A DNA stretch of 64,000 nucleotides, taken from positions 355,694,001 through 355,758,000 of the forward strand of contig OZ024740.1 in NCBI GenBank assembly GCA_964016885.1, read 5' to 3'. Below are positions 13,277-25,122 of the stretch, piece after piece. Every line of letters starts with the position of its first letter. Position 1 is the first letter of the stretch. The translations under genes were made by a program, and so were the position numbers. This DNA is from Eledone cirrhosa (taxonomy: Eukaryota). A model generated the notes under the pieces. That model was not told the DNA's origin. It saw only the letters and a list, made by a program, of their open reading frames with translations, and searched no databases.

Positions 13277-14982
13277 ATATGTACGCACACATCTATATAT
13301 ATATATATATACATACGCACACATCTATATATATATATATACATACGCACACATCTATATATATATATACATACATACGCACACATCTATATATATATAT
13401 ACATACATACGCACACATCTATATATATATATACATACACACGCACACATCTATATATATATATACATACACACGCACACATCTATATATATATATACAT
13501 ACACACGCACACATCTATATATATATATACATACATACACACGCACACATATATATATATATACATACATACACACACACATATATATATATACATACAT
13601 ACACACACATATATATATATATATATACATACACATATATATATATACATACACACATATATATATATATATATACATACATACATACATACACACACAC
13701 ATATATATATACATACACACACATATATATATATACATACATACATACATACACACACACATATATATATATACATACATACATACACACACACATATAT
13801 ATACATACATACACACATATATATATACATACATACACACACATATATATACATACATACACACACATATATATACATACATACACACACATATATATAT
13901 ACATACATACACACATATATATACATACATACACACACATATATATACATACATACACACACATATATATACATACATACACACACATATATATATACAT
14001 ACATACACACACATATATATACATACATACATACACACACATATATATACATACATACATACATATATATATATATACATACATACACACATATATATAT
14101 ATATACATACATACACACATATATATATATATACATACATACACATATATATATATACATACATACACACATATATATATATATACATACATACACACAT
14201 ATATATATATACATACATACACACATATATATATATATACATACATACACACATATATATATATATACATACATACACATACACATATATATATACACAT
14301 ACACATATATATATATACATACACATATATATATACATACATACACACACACATATATATACATACATACACACATATATATACATACATACACACACAC
14401 ACACATATATATACATACACACACACACACATATATATACATACACACACACACACATATATATACATACACACACACACACATACATATACATACACAC
14501 ACACACATATATACATACATACACACACACACACATATATATACATACATACACACACATATATATACATACATACACACACACACACACACATATATAT
14601 ACATACATACACACACACATATATATATACATACACACATATACATACACACACATACATATATATATATATACATACACACACATACATATATACATAT
14701 ATATACATACACACACATACATATATACATATATATACATACACACACATACATATACATATATATACATACACACACATACATATACATATATATACAT
14801 ACACACACATATATATACATATATATACATACACACACATATATATACATATATATACATACACACACATATATATACATATATATACACATACACACAT
14901 ACATATATATATATATATATACACATACACACATACATATATATATATATATATACACATATACATATATATATATATATAT

Positions 14983-15015
<33 letters not shown>

Positions 15016-16290
15016 CATACACACATACATATATATATATATATACATACACACATACATATATATATATATATACATACACACATACATATATATATAT
15101 ATATACATACACACATACATATATATATATATATACATACACACATACATATATATATATATATATACATACACACATACATATATATATATATATATAC
15201 ATACACACATACATATATATATATATATATACATACACACATACATATATATATATATATATACACATACACACATACATATATATATATATACACATAC
15301 ACACATACATATATATATATATACATACACACATACATATATATATATACATACACACATACATATATATATATACATACACACATACATATATATATAT
15401 ATACATACACACATACATATATATATATATACATACACACATACATATATATATATATACATACACACATACATATATATATATATACATACACACATAC
15501 ATATATATATATACATACACACATACATATATATATATATACATACACACATACATATATATATATATACATACATACATATATATATATATACATACAC
15601 ACATACATATATATATATATACATACACACATACATATATATATATATACATACACACATACATATATATATATATACATACACACATACATATATATAT
15701 ATATACATACACACATACATATATATATATATACATACACACATACATATATATATATATACATACACACATACATATATATATATATACATACACACAT
15801 ACATATATATATATATACATACACACATACATATATATATATATACATACACACATACATATATATATATATACATACACACATACATATATATATATAT
15901 ACATACACACATACATATATATATATATACATACACACATACATATATATATATATACATACACACATACATATATATATATATACATACACACATACAT
16001 ATATATATATATACATACACACATACATATATATATATATACATACACACATACATATATATATATATACATACACACATATATATATATATACATACAC
16101 ACATATATATATATATACATACACACATATATATATATATACATACACACATATATATATATATACATACACACATATATATATATATACATACACACAT
16201 ATATATATATATACATACACATATATATATATATATACATACACACATATATATATATATATACATACACACATATATATATATATACAT

Positions 16291-16321
<31 letters not shown>

Positions 16322-16324
16322 CAT

Positions 16325-16355
<31 letters not shown>

Positions 16356-16822
16356 CATACACACACATACATATATATATATATATACATACACACACAT
16401 ACATATATATATATATATACATACACACACATACATATATATATATATACATACACACACATACATATATATATATATATACATACACACACATATATAT
16501 ATATATATATACATACACACACATACATATATATATATATATACATACACACACATATATATATATATATACATACACACACATATATATGTATGTGTGT
16601 ATGTATATATATACATATATATACACACACACATATATATACATACATACACACATATATATACATACATACACACATACACACATACATACACACATAC
16701 ATATATATATACATACACACATACATATACATATATACATACATACATACACACACATATATACATACATACATACACACACATATATACATACATACAC
16801 ACACACACACATATATATATAT
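13277..16822. repeat. Giant compound (AT)n/(AC)n microsatellite, about 3.5 kb
   Basis: Almost continuous alternating purine/pyrimidine with blocks of higher-order 22-30-bp units such as ACATACACACATACATATATATATATAT. Confidence 0.98.
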
Positions 16823-16860
16823 TACCTTCTTGCTAGCTACCCAACACCCCTCCCTCCCAC

Positions 16861-16956
16861 CCCCCACGCACCACCATTGCTATTACGTGGACCAATCATA
16901 AAACAGAGCCCCCACGCATCACCAGTATTATTACGCGGACCAATCAGAAACCAGAG
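16861..16956 (+). promoter_or_regulatory. Tandem 48-bp duplication in the LINE leader, each unit with a CCAAT box
   Basis: cccccacgca...ggaccaatcataaaacagag and cccccacgca...ggaccaatcagaaaccagag; CCAAT at 16892 and 16940. Promoter function is inferred. Confidence 0.5.
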
Positions 16957-17065
16957 GCCTATACTATCGCTTGCCTGGTTGCCTTTCGATATATGATGGA
17001 TGGATGGACTGCGGAATCCTGGAGAGTGGAGGTGAGAGAGAGAAAAATCTGGACGCTCAGCGACA

Positions 17066-20000
17066 ATGCCAAAGATAAAGACAAATTCACCTCTTGGACG
17101 AGAATGCGAGCACTCCTCATTGTTTCGACCGCGGACGGCTAACATAACCCCATCGCCCCCCGCCCCTCACCACCCCCAACCCCCAAACGCAATCCAAAAC
17201 TTCAGAGTTGGTACCATAAATGTAGGCACCCTAAAGGGTCGCGCTAACGAGGTTGTAGAAATGCTTGAACGTAAGGAGGTCGATGTTTGTTGTATTCAAG
17301 AGACCAGGTGGAGGGGTGGGTCTGCTAGTTTCATTGAGGGTAAAAAACGATGTTATAAGCTTTTCTGGGTGGGAAACGACGATGGGCTGGGTGGAGTAGG
17401 AATCATGGTAGCAGAAAAGTGGGCAGATAAGATAATAGACGTAAATAGAGTGAACGACAGAATAATTAAAATACGACTTGTCCTCAATAGAACTACGGTG
17501 ACAGTAATATCTGCGTACGCACCCCAATCGGGACTGCCCGGCACTATAAAAGACAGATTCTATGAGACACTGATGCTAACTACCTCCCAAATATCCGACA
17601 GTGACTATATAATTATCGCAGGCGACCTAAATGGTCACGTTGGACAACATTGTGACGGCTACGACGAAATCCATGGAGGCTATGGGTTTGGTACTAGAAA
17701 TGAGGAAGGCTCCAGAATCCTGGAATTCTGTGATGCAAATAACCTAACTATCTGTAACACTAACTTCAAAAAACGTGACAATCACCTGATCACCTATAGA
17801 TCCGGGGAACACACAAGCCAGGTAGATTATATCCTTACCAGAAGACGTGACAGAGTGTCTGTTGTAAACACTAAATCCCTCCCCCATGAAGAATGCACCT
17901 CCCAACATAGACTGATAATTAGCGACCTCATAGTCAGGACGAGACGTACTCGACAACAGAAGAGGACTATCCTCAGGAGGAAAATATGGAAGCTAAAGGA
18001 CCCCACAGCCAGGAATAAATTTCAAAGCATATTACTTGATGCTTTCGACAGTAAGGAAGAACATTTAGAGTCGGACAATATAGAGGGAGAGTGGGAATTT
18101 CTGAAAGCAAACCTGCTGTTGGCGACAGACGAAGTCTGTGGCTGGAGCAGGCCTGTAGGCAGGAGGAGAGTAACATGGTGGTGGAACAGTAAGGTGGAGG
18201 GGTCAATTAAGGCCAAAAAGCAGGCTTGGAAAGTATGGCGGGATGGGGGAAGTAGAGAGGACTATCAAGTGGCCAGGAGGGAAGCTAGGAGACAAGTGTA
18301 CTTAGCAAGAAGGGAAGCTGAGGAAAGAAAGTTCAAGCATGTTCTACAACGCGATGACCAAAAACGTGAGGTGTTCAGGATTGCTAGGCAATGCGGCAAG
18401 GAAAACCGTGATATTGTCGGGGAGAAGTGTGTACTAAACGACGATGGCACACTTGCCATCACCGACGCTGATAAGAAGGTAGCTTGGAAGTGTCACTATG
18501 AAAGGCTACTAAATGAGGAGAATAAATGGGAGAAAGGCAGTCTCCCCCATATCGACCCAATAGAGGGACCAGCAGTGTTAGTCGAGGGGAGTATAATAAG
18601 TAAGGCAATCAAGGATATGAAGACGGGTAAGGCGGCTGGGCCTTCGGAAATAGTTGCTGAGATGCTGAAGGCATCTGGCACGGTGGGACACACCATGGTC
18701 ACCCGCATAGTTAACCAAGTCGTACAGAATGGGGTTGTTCCGAAGGACTGGCATAGCAGCATCATCGTTAACTGTTATAAGGGTAAAGGAGACGCCCTAG
18801 ATAGGAGTAACTATAGAGGCATTAAATTAATCGACCAGGTCATGAAGGTCACGGAAAAAGTAATAGCGCAACTAATCAGAGAGAGAATTGACCTAGATGA
18901 AATGCAGTTCGGGTTTGTGTCAGGCAAAAGTACCACAGACGCTCTTTTCATAGTACGACAACTACAGGAGAAGTACCTAGCTAAAGGTAAACCCCTCTAC
19001 TTAGCTTTTGTCGACTTGGAGAAAGCCTTCGACAGAGTCCCCCGCTCCATTATCTGGTGGGCTCTTAGAAAACTAGGCGTTGACGAATGGCTTGTGAGGG
19101 CTATACAAGCCATGTATAAAGAAACAGTCAGCAAGGTTAGAATTAACAACGAATATAGTGAAGAGTTTAGCGTAAAAGTTGGCGTCCATCAGGGCTCTGT
19201 TCTCAGCCCACTACTATTTATTATTGCCCTTCAGGCTATAACAGAGGAGTTCAAGACAGGCTGCCCATGGGAACTCCTATACGCAGACGACCTGACACTC
19301 ATAGCGGAATCAATGGCCGAGCTAGAGAAGAAATTCCAAACATGGAAGCACGGCCTAGAGTCAAAAGGACTTAAAATTAACCTGGCTAAGACCAAAGTAC
19401 TAGTTTGTAGGAAAGAAAACAAGGCGGCGGTCCCTTCTGGGAAATGGTCGTGCTCGGTGTGTAGGAAAGGCGTAGGTAGAAACTCCATTTTATGTCCTAA
19501 ATGCAAAGTATGGGTGCATAAAAGATGTAGTGGGATCACAGGTAAGCTAACTAAGAACATAGATTTTACATGTGGCCGGTGCTCTGGTGCAATAAGTAGC
19601 AGCAAGTGCCCACAAACTACTAGCTCTTTCAATTGCGCAGAGGGTTCTATAGAAATAGTGGACAGCTTCCGTTACCTGGGCGATAAAATCAGCAGTGGAG
19701 GAGGGTGCTCTGAAAGTACTGTAGCTAGAGTCAGAACTGGTTGGAAAAAGTTCAGAGAGCTTATACCACTATTAGCTGCTAAAGGGTTCTCACTAAAAAT
19801 GAAAGGCAGGTTGTACGATGCCTGCATACGAACAGCAATGCTGCATGGCAGTGAGACCTGGGCATTGTGTGCAGAGGATATACGCAGACTAGAGAGGAAC
19901 GAAGCTTGCATGCTCCGCTGGATGTGTAACAGTAATATACGTGAACGGCAAAGCATAAACGAACTAAGGAAAAAATTAGAGATAAGAGGGATCAGATGTT

Positions 20001-20236
20001 GTTTACTCGAGAGAAGGCTACGTTGGTACGGTCACGTGATGCGCATGAAAGTCGATAGCTGTATAACAAAGTGCAGGGCAATAAAGATAGACGGTAGCCA
20101 CGGAATAGGCAGACCTAGAAAAACCTGGGACGAGCTGATAAACTCCGACATCACACACTTACACCTCTCCAAGACAATGTCACTGGACCGAGACCTTTGG
20201 CGGTACTCAGTAACAGAGAAGACCCGCCTTACCTAA
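17066..20236 (+). CDS. LINE polyprotein: AP-like endonuclease plus reverse transcriptase with embedded PHD-type zinc finger (1056 aa)
   Basis: Endonuclease motifs GTINVGTL, CIQETRW, SAYAPQ, GDLNGHVG, QVDYIL, SQHR. RT motifs NYRGIKL, QFGF, FVDLEKAFDRV, GVHQGSVLSPLLF, YADD (19280-19291), FRYLG. RTE-type C-terminus RLRWYGHVMR...GRPRKTW. No stops or frameshifts. Confidence 0.96.
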   Translation: MPKIKTNSPLGRECEHSSLFRPRTANITPSPPAPHHPQPPNAIQNFRVGTINVGTLKGRANEVVEMLERKEVDVCCIQETRWRGGSASFIEGKKRCYKLFWVGNDDGLGGVGIMVAEKWADKIIDVNRVNDRIIKIRLVLNRTTVTVISAYAPQSGLPGTIKDRFYETLMLTTSQISDSDYIIIAGDLNGHVGQHCDGYDEIHGGYGFGTRNEEGSRILEFCDANNLTICNTNFKKRDNHLITYRSGEHTSQVDYILTRRRDRVSVVNTKSLPHEECTSQHRLIISDLIVRTRRTRQQKRTILRRKIWKLKDPTARNKFQSILLDAFDSKEEHLESDNIEGEWEFLKANLLLATDEVCGWSRPVGRRRVTWWWNSKVEGSIKAKKQAWKVWRDGGSREDYQVARREARRQVYLARREAEERKFKHVLQRDDQKREVFRIARQCGKENRDIVGEKCVLNDDGTLAITDADKKVAWKCHYERLLNEENKWEKGSLPHIDPIEGPAVLVEGSIISKAIKDMKTGKAAGPSEIVAEMLKASGTVGHTMVTRIVNQVVQNGVVPKDWHSSIIVNCYKGKGDALDRSNYRGIKLIDQVMKVTEKVIAQLIRERIDLDEMQFGFVSGKSTTDALFIVRQLQEKYLAKGKPLYLAFVDLEKAFDRVPRSIIWWALRKLGVDEWLVRAIQAMYKETVSKVRINNEYSEEFSVKVGVHQGSVLSPLLFIIALQAITEEFKTGCPWELLYADDLTLIAESMAELEKKFQTWKHGLESKGLKINLAKTKVLVCRKENKAAVPSGKWSCSVCRKGVGRNSILCPKCKVWVHKRCSGITGKLTKNIDFTCGRCSGAISSSKCPQTTSSFNCAEGSIEIVDSFRYLGDKISSGGGCSESTVARVRTGWKKFRELIPLLAAKGFSLKMKGRLYDACIRTAMLHGSETWALCAEDIRRLERNEACMLRWMCNSNIRERQSINELRKKLEIRGIRCCLLERRLRWYGHVMRMKVDSCITKCRAIKIDGSHGIGRPRKTWDELINSDITHLHLSKTMSLDRDLWRYSVTEKTRLT

Positions 20237-20631
20237 ATATATAGTAAAACCTACTACAGTCAGTAGGCATCTCTAACAAAATACACCCCGTCCCACCACC
20301 ACCACCCCCACCCCATCCACACCACCCCGTCCTATGTAAAGTTATGTTGGTGCCGCGCCATCCAGGCTGAAACAAATGAGATCGTGTAGGTGTCACGACA
20401 AAAAAACACACAGTCCACGCTGTAATGTGGCCGTGTAGGCAACACGGTAAAAACCTCCCAGCCCCACACTGTAAATGTGGTTGGTGTTAGGAAGGGCATC
20501 CAACTGTAGAAAACCCGCCAGACAGTCCTATGCGAGCAAGACAATCACTCTTGCCTCAAGTGGGAATACCCCGGTCTAAACCCATGCAAGCGTGGAACAC
20601 GGACGTTAAACGTTGATGATGATGATGATGA

Positions 20632-20750
20632 TATATACACATATATATATACACATACATATACACATACACATATATATATACACATACATATACACAT
20701 ATATATACATATACACACATATACATACGTATATATACATATATATATAT
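20632..20750. repeat. (AT/AC) microsatellite, right flank of the LINE
   Basis: Same composition and polarity as the 13277-16822 array. Confidence 0.9.
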
Positions 20751-23039
20751 GACACACCTAGTCAATTTTCTTTTTGAACTTTTCAAGTGTGTATTTTCAT
20801 TTCATTATCAATGTAGCAAGTCTAAAGGGAGTTATGTTGAAATGTTGATGATTATCTTCTTGCAGCCCTAAACAGCGTAGCTGGTGGCACTACTATGTAC
20901 TGTAGCATCTTGGTTGAAAAAACACTGATCTATGTTGTTGCTCTTTTAATCATCTTAATCAGTAGCAAAACCATCATCGTCATTAAAATGATCAAAACCA
21001 TCATTCTTATCATCAGGCGACTACACAAACATAATGTTGATTTTAATATACTGGAATAGAAGCCCCCATTGCCTACTTCCAATTACCTCTATTCCAGCAA
21101 GTAAAAATCACACTCAACATCATAATCAAAAGAATAACAATATTAACTTAAGCTGTAGTATGAAGAAATTAGCTACATGTAACTTATTCAGAGACCTACT
21201 TTAAAGTAAGCTTGCAAAGGAGCTTCGAAGCAACTGCTTGATTGAAATCAGTATTGAAATCAATTTTTTTCAAAATGCAGACCATACATCCTAAATTTTA
21301 AAACAATACACCACAATAACAAGCTAAACGTATCTAGATGGCCAATTAACTCTTGATATATTTATCTAAAAAAGTATTCCATCATAATTTTATGTAAGAC
21401 CTTTCAATTAAGTTATGATTCAAACACTAGCTTAATAATGAGAATGTTATATTACTAAATCCCTTTGCTCACTTATTTCTGAGAGCGTTGTGTGAGCAGA
21501 ATCCTCAAATACTCCTAGCAGGTCTTGTCAGAAGCAACCAACTCCAATTGATCTGGCTAGATCCCAAGCAAGACCAGCCAGGCTCAGGGATATAATGCAA
21601 CTAACTTACTCAGGGTCTACCCCTGGGTCACCTGCCAGTTGGTTTTGCCCATAAAATCTGTCCAGTCATTCTAACCACATGCCCATAATATTGGAGCTAC
21701 AATCTCTCAGTTTGGAGAAGTAGCAACTTTGCCTAGAGAGACTCTGAACTACACATTTTAAGAATTCCTATTTAAATTAAAATCTTCCTACATAATTTCA
21801 TATAACCCAGCAATTTTGTGGAGGAGAAAATCGATTAAATCGACCCCTGTAAGGATGAAAAGCAAAGCTAATCTCAGCGGGCTTTGAACTCAGAACATAA
21901 AGGGACATAACTATATGCTGCGAAGCATGGAGTCTGATACTTTACCGATACTGCCAATCCACCGCCCTGTTATGAAGTTAATGAAATAATAAATTTAGTA
22001 AATCCTAAATTCTTGATTAATTGATTCAAATAGTGTATTTCATTGGAAATATGGTAAAAAAGGGTTAAATCCCATCAAGTAAACTATATAATGTAATATG
22101 CTCTATCAAATAGCATACATTTTTAAATTCTTTGAAATAAACAAGGTATCCATCCATTCACACTAAACTACAATAATCTGTTATAAAGAAATATGGTATA
22201 ATTCTAAAGATGCTTTGTTTGCAATTTTAAAACAATGACATTTCCCAGGTAAATCTTTGAGCATAAAAATCCAGTAGACAAATAGAAGAAATTTCAAGCT
22301 TTATTTATAAACAATAACACTATTGAGTGAAGATGTAATAAAATCTAATTGTTAGGGTTTAACATTTAGGTTTGTATTGCGTATCATCTATTATGTTAAC
22401 ATCAAGATGATAGAAAGCTTGGTGGATGTTTAGCAATATTTAGCAAATGATGTCCTTTCATCATTTTAGGTTCTATAAAATAAGTAACATTCAAGTACTG
22501 GTGTGATGGTGGTGATATATGCATTTGTACTAACTACACAATTTTGTTAAAATTCAATACCATAGCTAATAAAGAAATATGAAGAATTATTCATTTAACT
22601 CTTTCATTATTATATTCCTAATGAAAGACACTGCCCATGATTTTCAAATCCTTTGGAGAGATTACATGATATAATTTACTTTCTCATTATTAAGTTGTTG
22701 CTTGCGGTTTTTACATAGCATTATGATGGAAGGATTTTAAATAAATATAAACACCTAAAATAAACAACTTTGTACCACAGAACCAGGGGTGGTTTTAGGT
22801 GGTTTAATATCAAAATTTAAAATGGAATATACCTTTACTGGACATTAACATGGCATTGTATACAGCTGTATCATGGCAGCCATATTAGATACATACATTG
22901 ATAAATATGATAAAACAAAAAGAAATATAGCAGAGTATGAAATATAAAATTCTTCCATACCTTTATGATCTAGATTTGATGTGACATTGTATGCAGTTGT
23001 ATCATTGCAGCTATATTATACATTTGAGTACATTGCATA

Positions 23040-23420
23040 TAGTTGCTAAGTTCACTTTGAGGCCTTTCAATTCCAGATTTTGTTGAGTCTACTTAGGGTA
23101 ATCCCTCTTTTTCCTCATTCAAAAATATCCCATAATTTCTATGCTTCTTATTTTTCAGCATCAGTAAGGGCAAGTACACCACTTTCTGAATACACTTCTC
23201 CCCAATGATATTGTAATATTTTCAAGCACACTTTTTTGCTATTTAGAACACTTTACACCTCTTATCTGCACATTGCAGAACATATGCATCTTCTTAATTT
23301 CTGCTTCTCCACCCAGCTAAGTCTAGCTGATGCCTAACATCTTTACCAGTTATCTGGTATGGCTCTCTGCCTCCCCCATTCTTCCAGTCTTTCCAGACCT
23401 ACCTCATAGTTTTAACTCTT
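23040..23420 (-). mobile_element. Old RTE LINE fragments
   Basis: Minus strand reads QNLELKGLKVNLA and IIGEKCI...GVLALTDAEK, matching the intact ORF. Confidence 0.7.
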
Positions 23421-24061
23421 AACATCTGTTCATGCTCAGAGTTGCTGAAGCAGAGAACAAACTACCTGCATCAGTTGTTAGCTGTCAGGACATTGCATCC
23501 TTCAAAATTTCCATGCTTCCCAAAATTCGCCAACACTGCACCTGATATTCTCCCTCCATACACACACATGCATGTGTGCATGTGCATATCATGACCCATA
23601 CACTGTTCACTTTCCTGACATTTTGTACATTATATTATGTACTACACATGCACCTTTGATAAATTGTAGTGCACCTGAGCACTGTACACAATTTCCATTA
23701 TTATGTACCACATTAAACTGTATTAGCAGGACATTCTATAACAGAATCACATAAAAAATATTAAAGACTTTACTTTAGTTTACTGCAAATTTTCACGATG
23801 ATCTGTTCACTAGTAAAAATACTATAAACAATTGAATTAAACATAATTTTAGATATCTTCTATCAAATCATAACAAGATGTTAAGAATTAATCACTTTAT
23901 CTACACAATTATTCCACTACCAAGCCTCCTACCATCTCCCAGCAGGATTGCTAGGACACTTCCATCAACCAAATATCTTGTTTGCAACCCAAACACTGAT
24001 AAGAGAACCACCTATAATCATTCCAGGAACCAACATTCCACTATGATCCATTATATATATA

Positions 24062-25118
24062 TCTATATATATAAAACTGTGGTTGTCTGTCTGTCTATCG
24101 ATTTTTGGCACACATCTCCTCTTAGAATCTCTCACGGAATTGCACCGAAATTGCTATACTTGTACATTGAGCCCTAGCGAAGACATCGGAAAAAAAATAT
24201 TTCAAATTGACCCGCCCTATCTGACGAAATCGAATATAATGTATCGATTTTTGAGCGTAAGTGATCAGTTATTTCCCTTTGTTCTGTTTACATTGAGCGT
24301 CTGCGTGCAAAAATTAAAAAAATTACGCTGGCTTTCTCAGCGTTTAAAATGACATTAACACACTGCAAAATTCATCAGTTCGAACACTAAGCTTCCGTTT
24401 TGATTCATTTCCATTTAAAAGCCTTTTAAAATTTCCATTTAAAAGCCTTTTAAAACAATATTTTTACTTGAAAACAAGTCTATTTAAAGACTACGTAAAA
24501 CAAGTAAATATTTCGTAAAAAAAAAAAGCAAAAATTATATAAGTTTATTTAAAATATATGTATCTGTAAATTTCGTTAGGCGTGCAGACAGACTTTAAGC
24601 CAAAAAAGAAACTTAACATTGTAACTTTAACACAGCTACTGAGCGACCCCGAGCAACGCCGGGCTGTATCTGTAAATTTCGTTAGGCGTGCAGACAGTCG
24701 TGCAGACAGATAGTCGTGCAGAGAGGTGATATACGCGTGCAGACAGATAGTCGTGCAGAGAGGTGATATACGCGTGCAGACAGATAGTCGTGCAGAGAGG
24801 TGATATAGGCGTGCAGACAGACGTAACTGATAATTTGGTTACGCTAATGTTTTTCTCTGCGTTGCAGTGTTTACATTTTCGATCTTTGTTAATAAATAAC
24901 CAGTGCAGTTTTTATCCCCAGCATCCTCTTTTGTTATAACATTCGGGTTATCGTTATGTTTTCTTAACTTCATAAGGCATATTGTTGGTTGAGGGAATAT
25001 TAATCAAAAACACCACATGCAAGTCTGCACAGTAGACATTACAGTTTTTAAGCCAAAAAAGAAACTTAACATTGTAACTTTAACACAGCTACTGAGCGAC
25101 CCCGAGCTTTACTGCTAG
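24062..25118 (+). mobile_element. Non-autonomous Helitron, copy 1 of a tandem pair
   Basis: 5' TCTATATATATAAAAC, 3' CTAG (25115-25118), internal 37-bp minisatellite. Near-identical to the next copy. Confidence 0.85.
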
Positions 25119-25122
25119 TATA

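Larger units (their letters stand above)
16821..20631 (+). mobile_element. RTE-clade non-LTR retrotransposon (LINE), apparently coding-intact
   Basis: Single long ORF, about 245-bp leader, about 390-bp 3' UTR ending in a (GAT)n tail at about 20615-20631. Flanked on both sides by (AT/AC) microsatellite. Homologous decayed copies elsewhere in the window. Confidence 0.95.

Noticed and set aside
13279-16867. 1097-1185-aa ORFs rich in Y/I/H/T or V/C/M/Y
   Set aside because: Translation of a stop-free dinucleotide microsatellite, open on both strands. The same applies to the ORFs at 4046-5314, 5583-5923 and 20545-20786.
17231-19956. Antisense ORFs within the LINE (and their mirror ORFs at 49040-52018)
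   Set aside because: Shadow frames of the RT ORF with no independent features.
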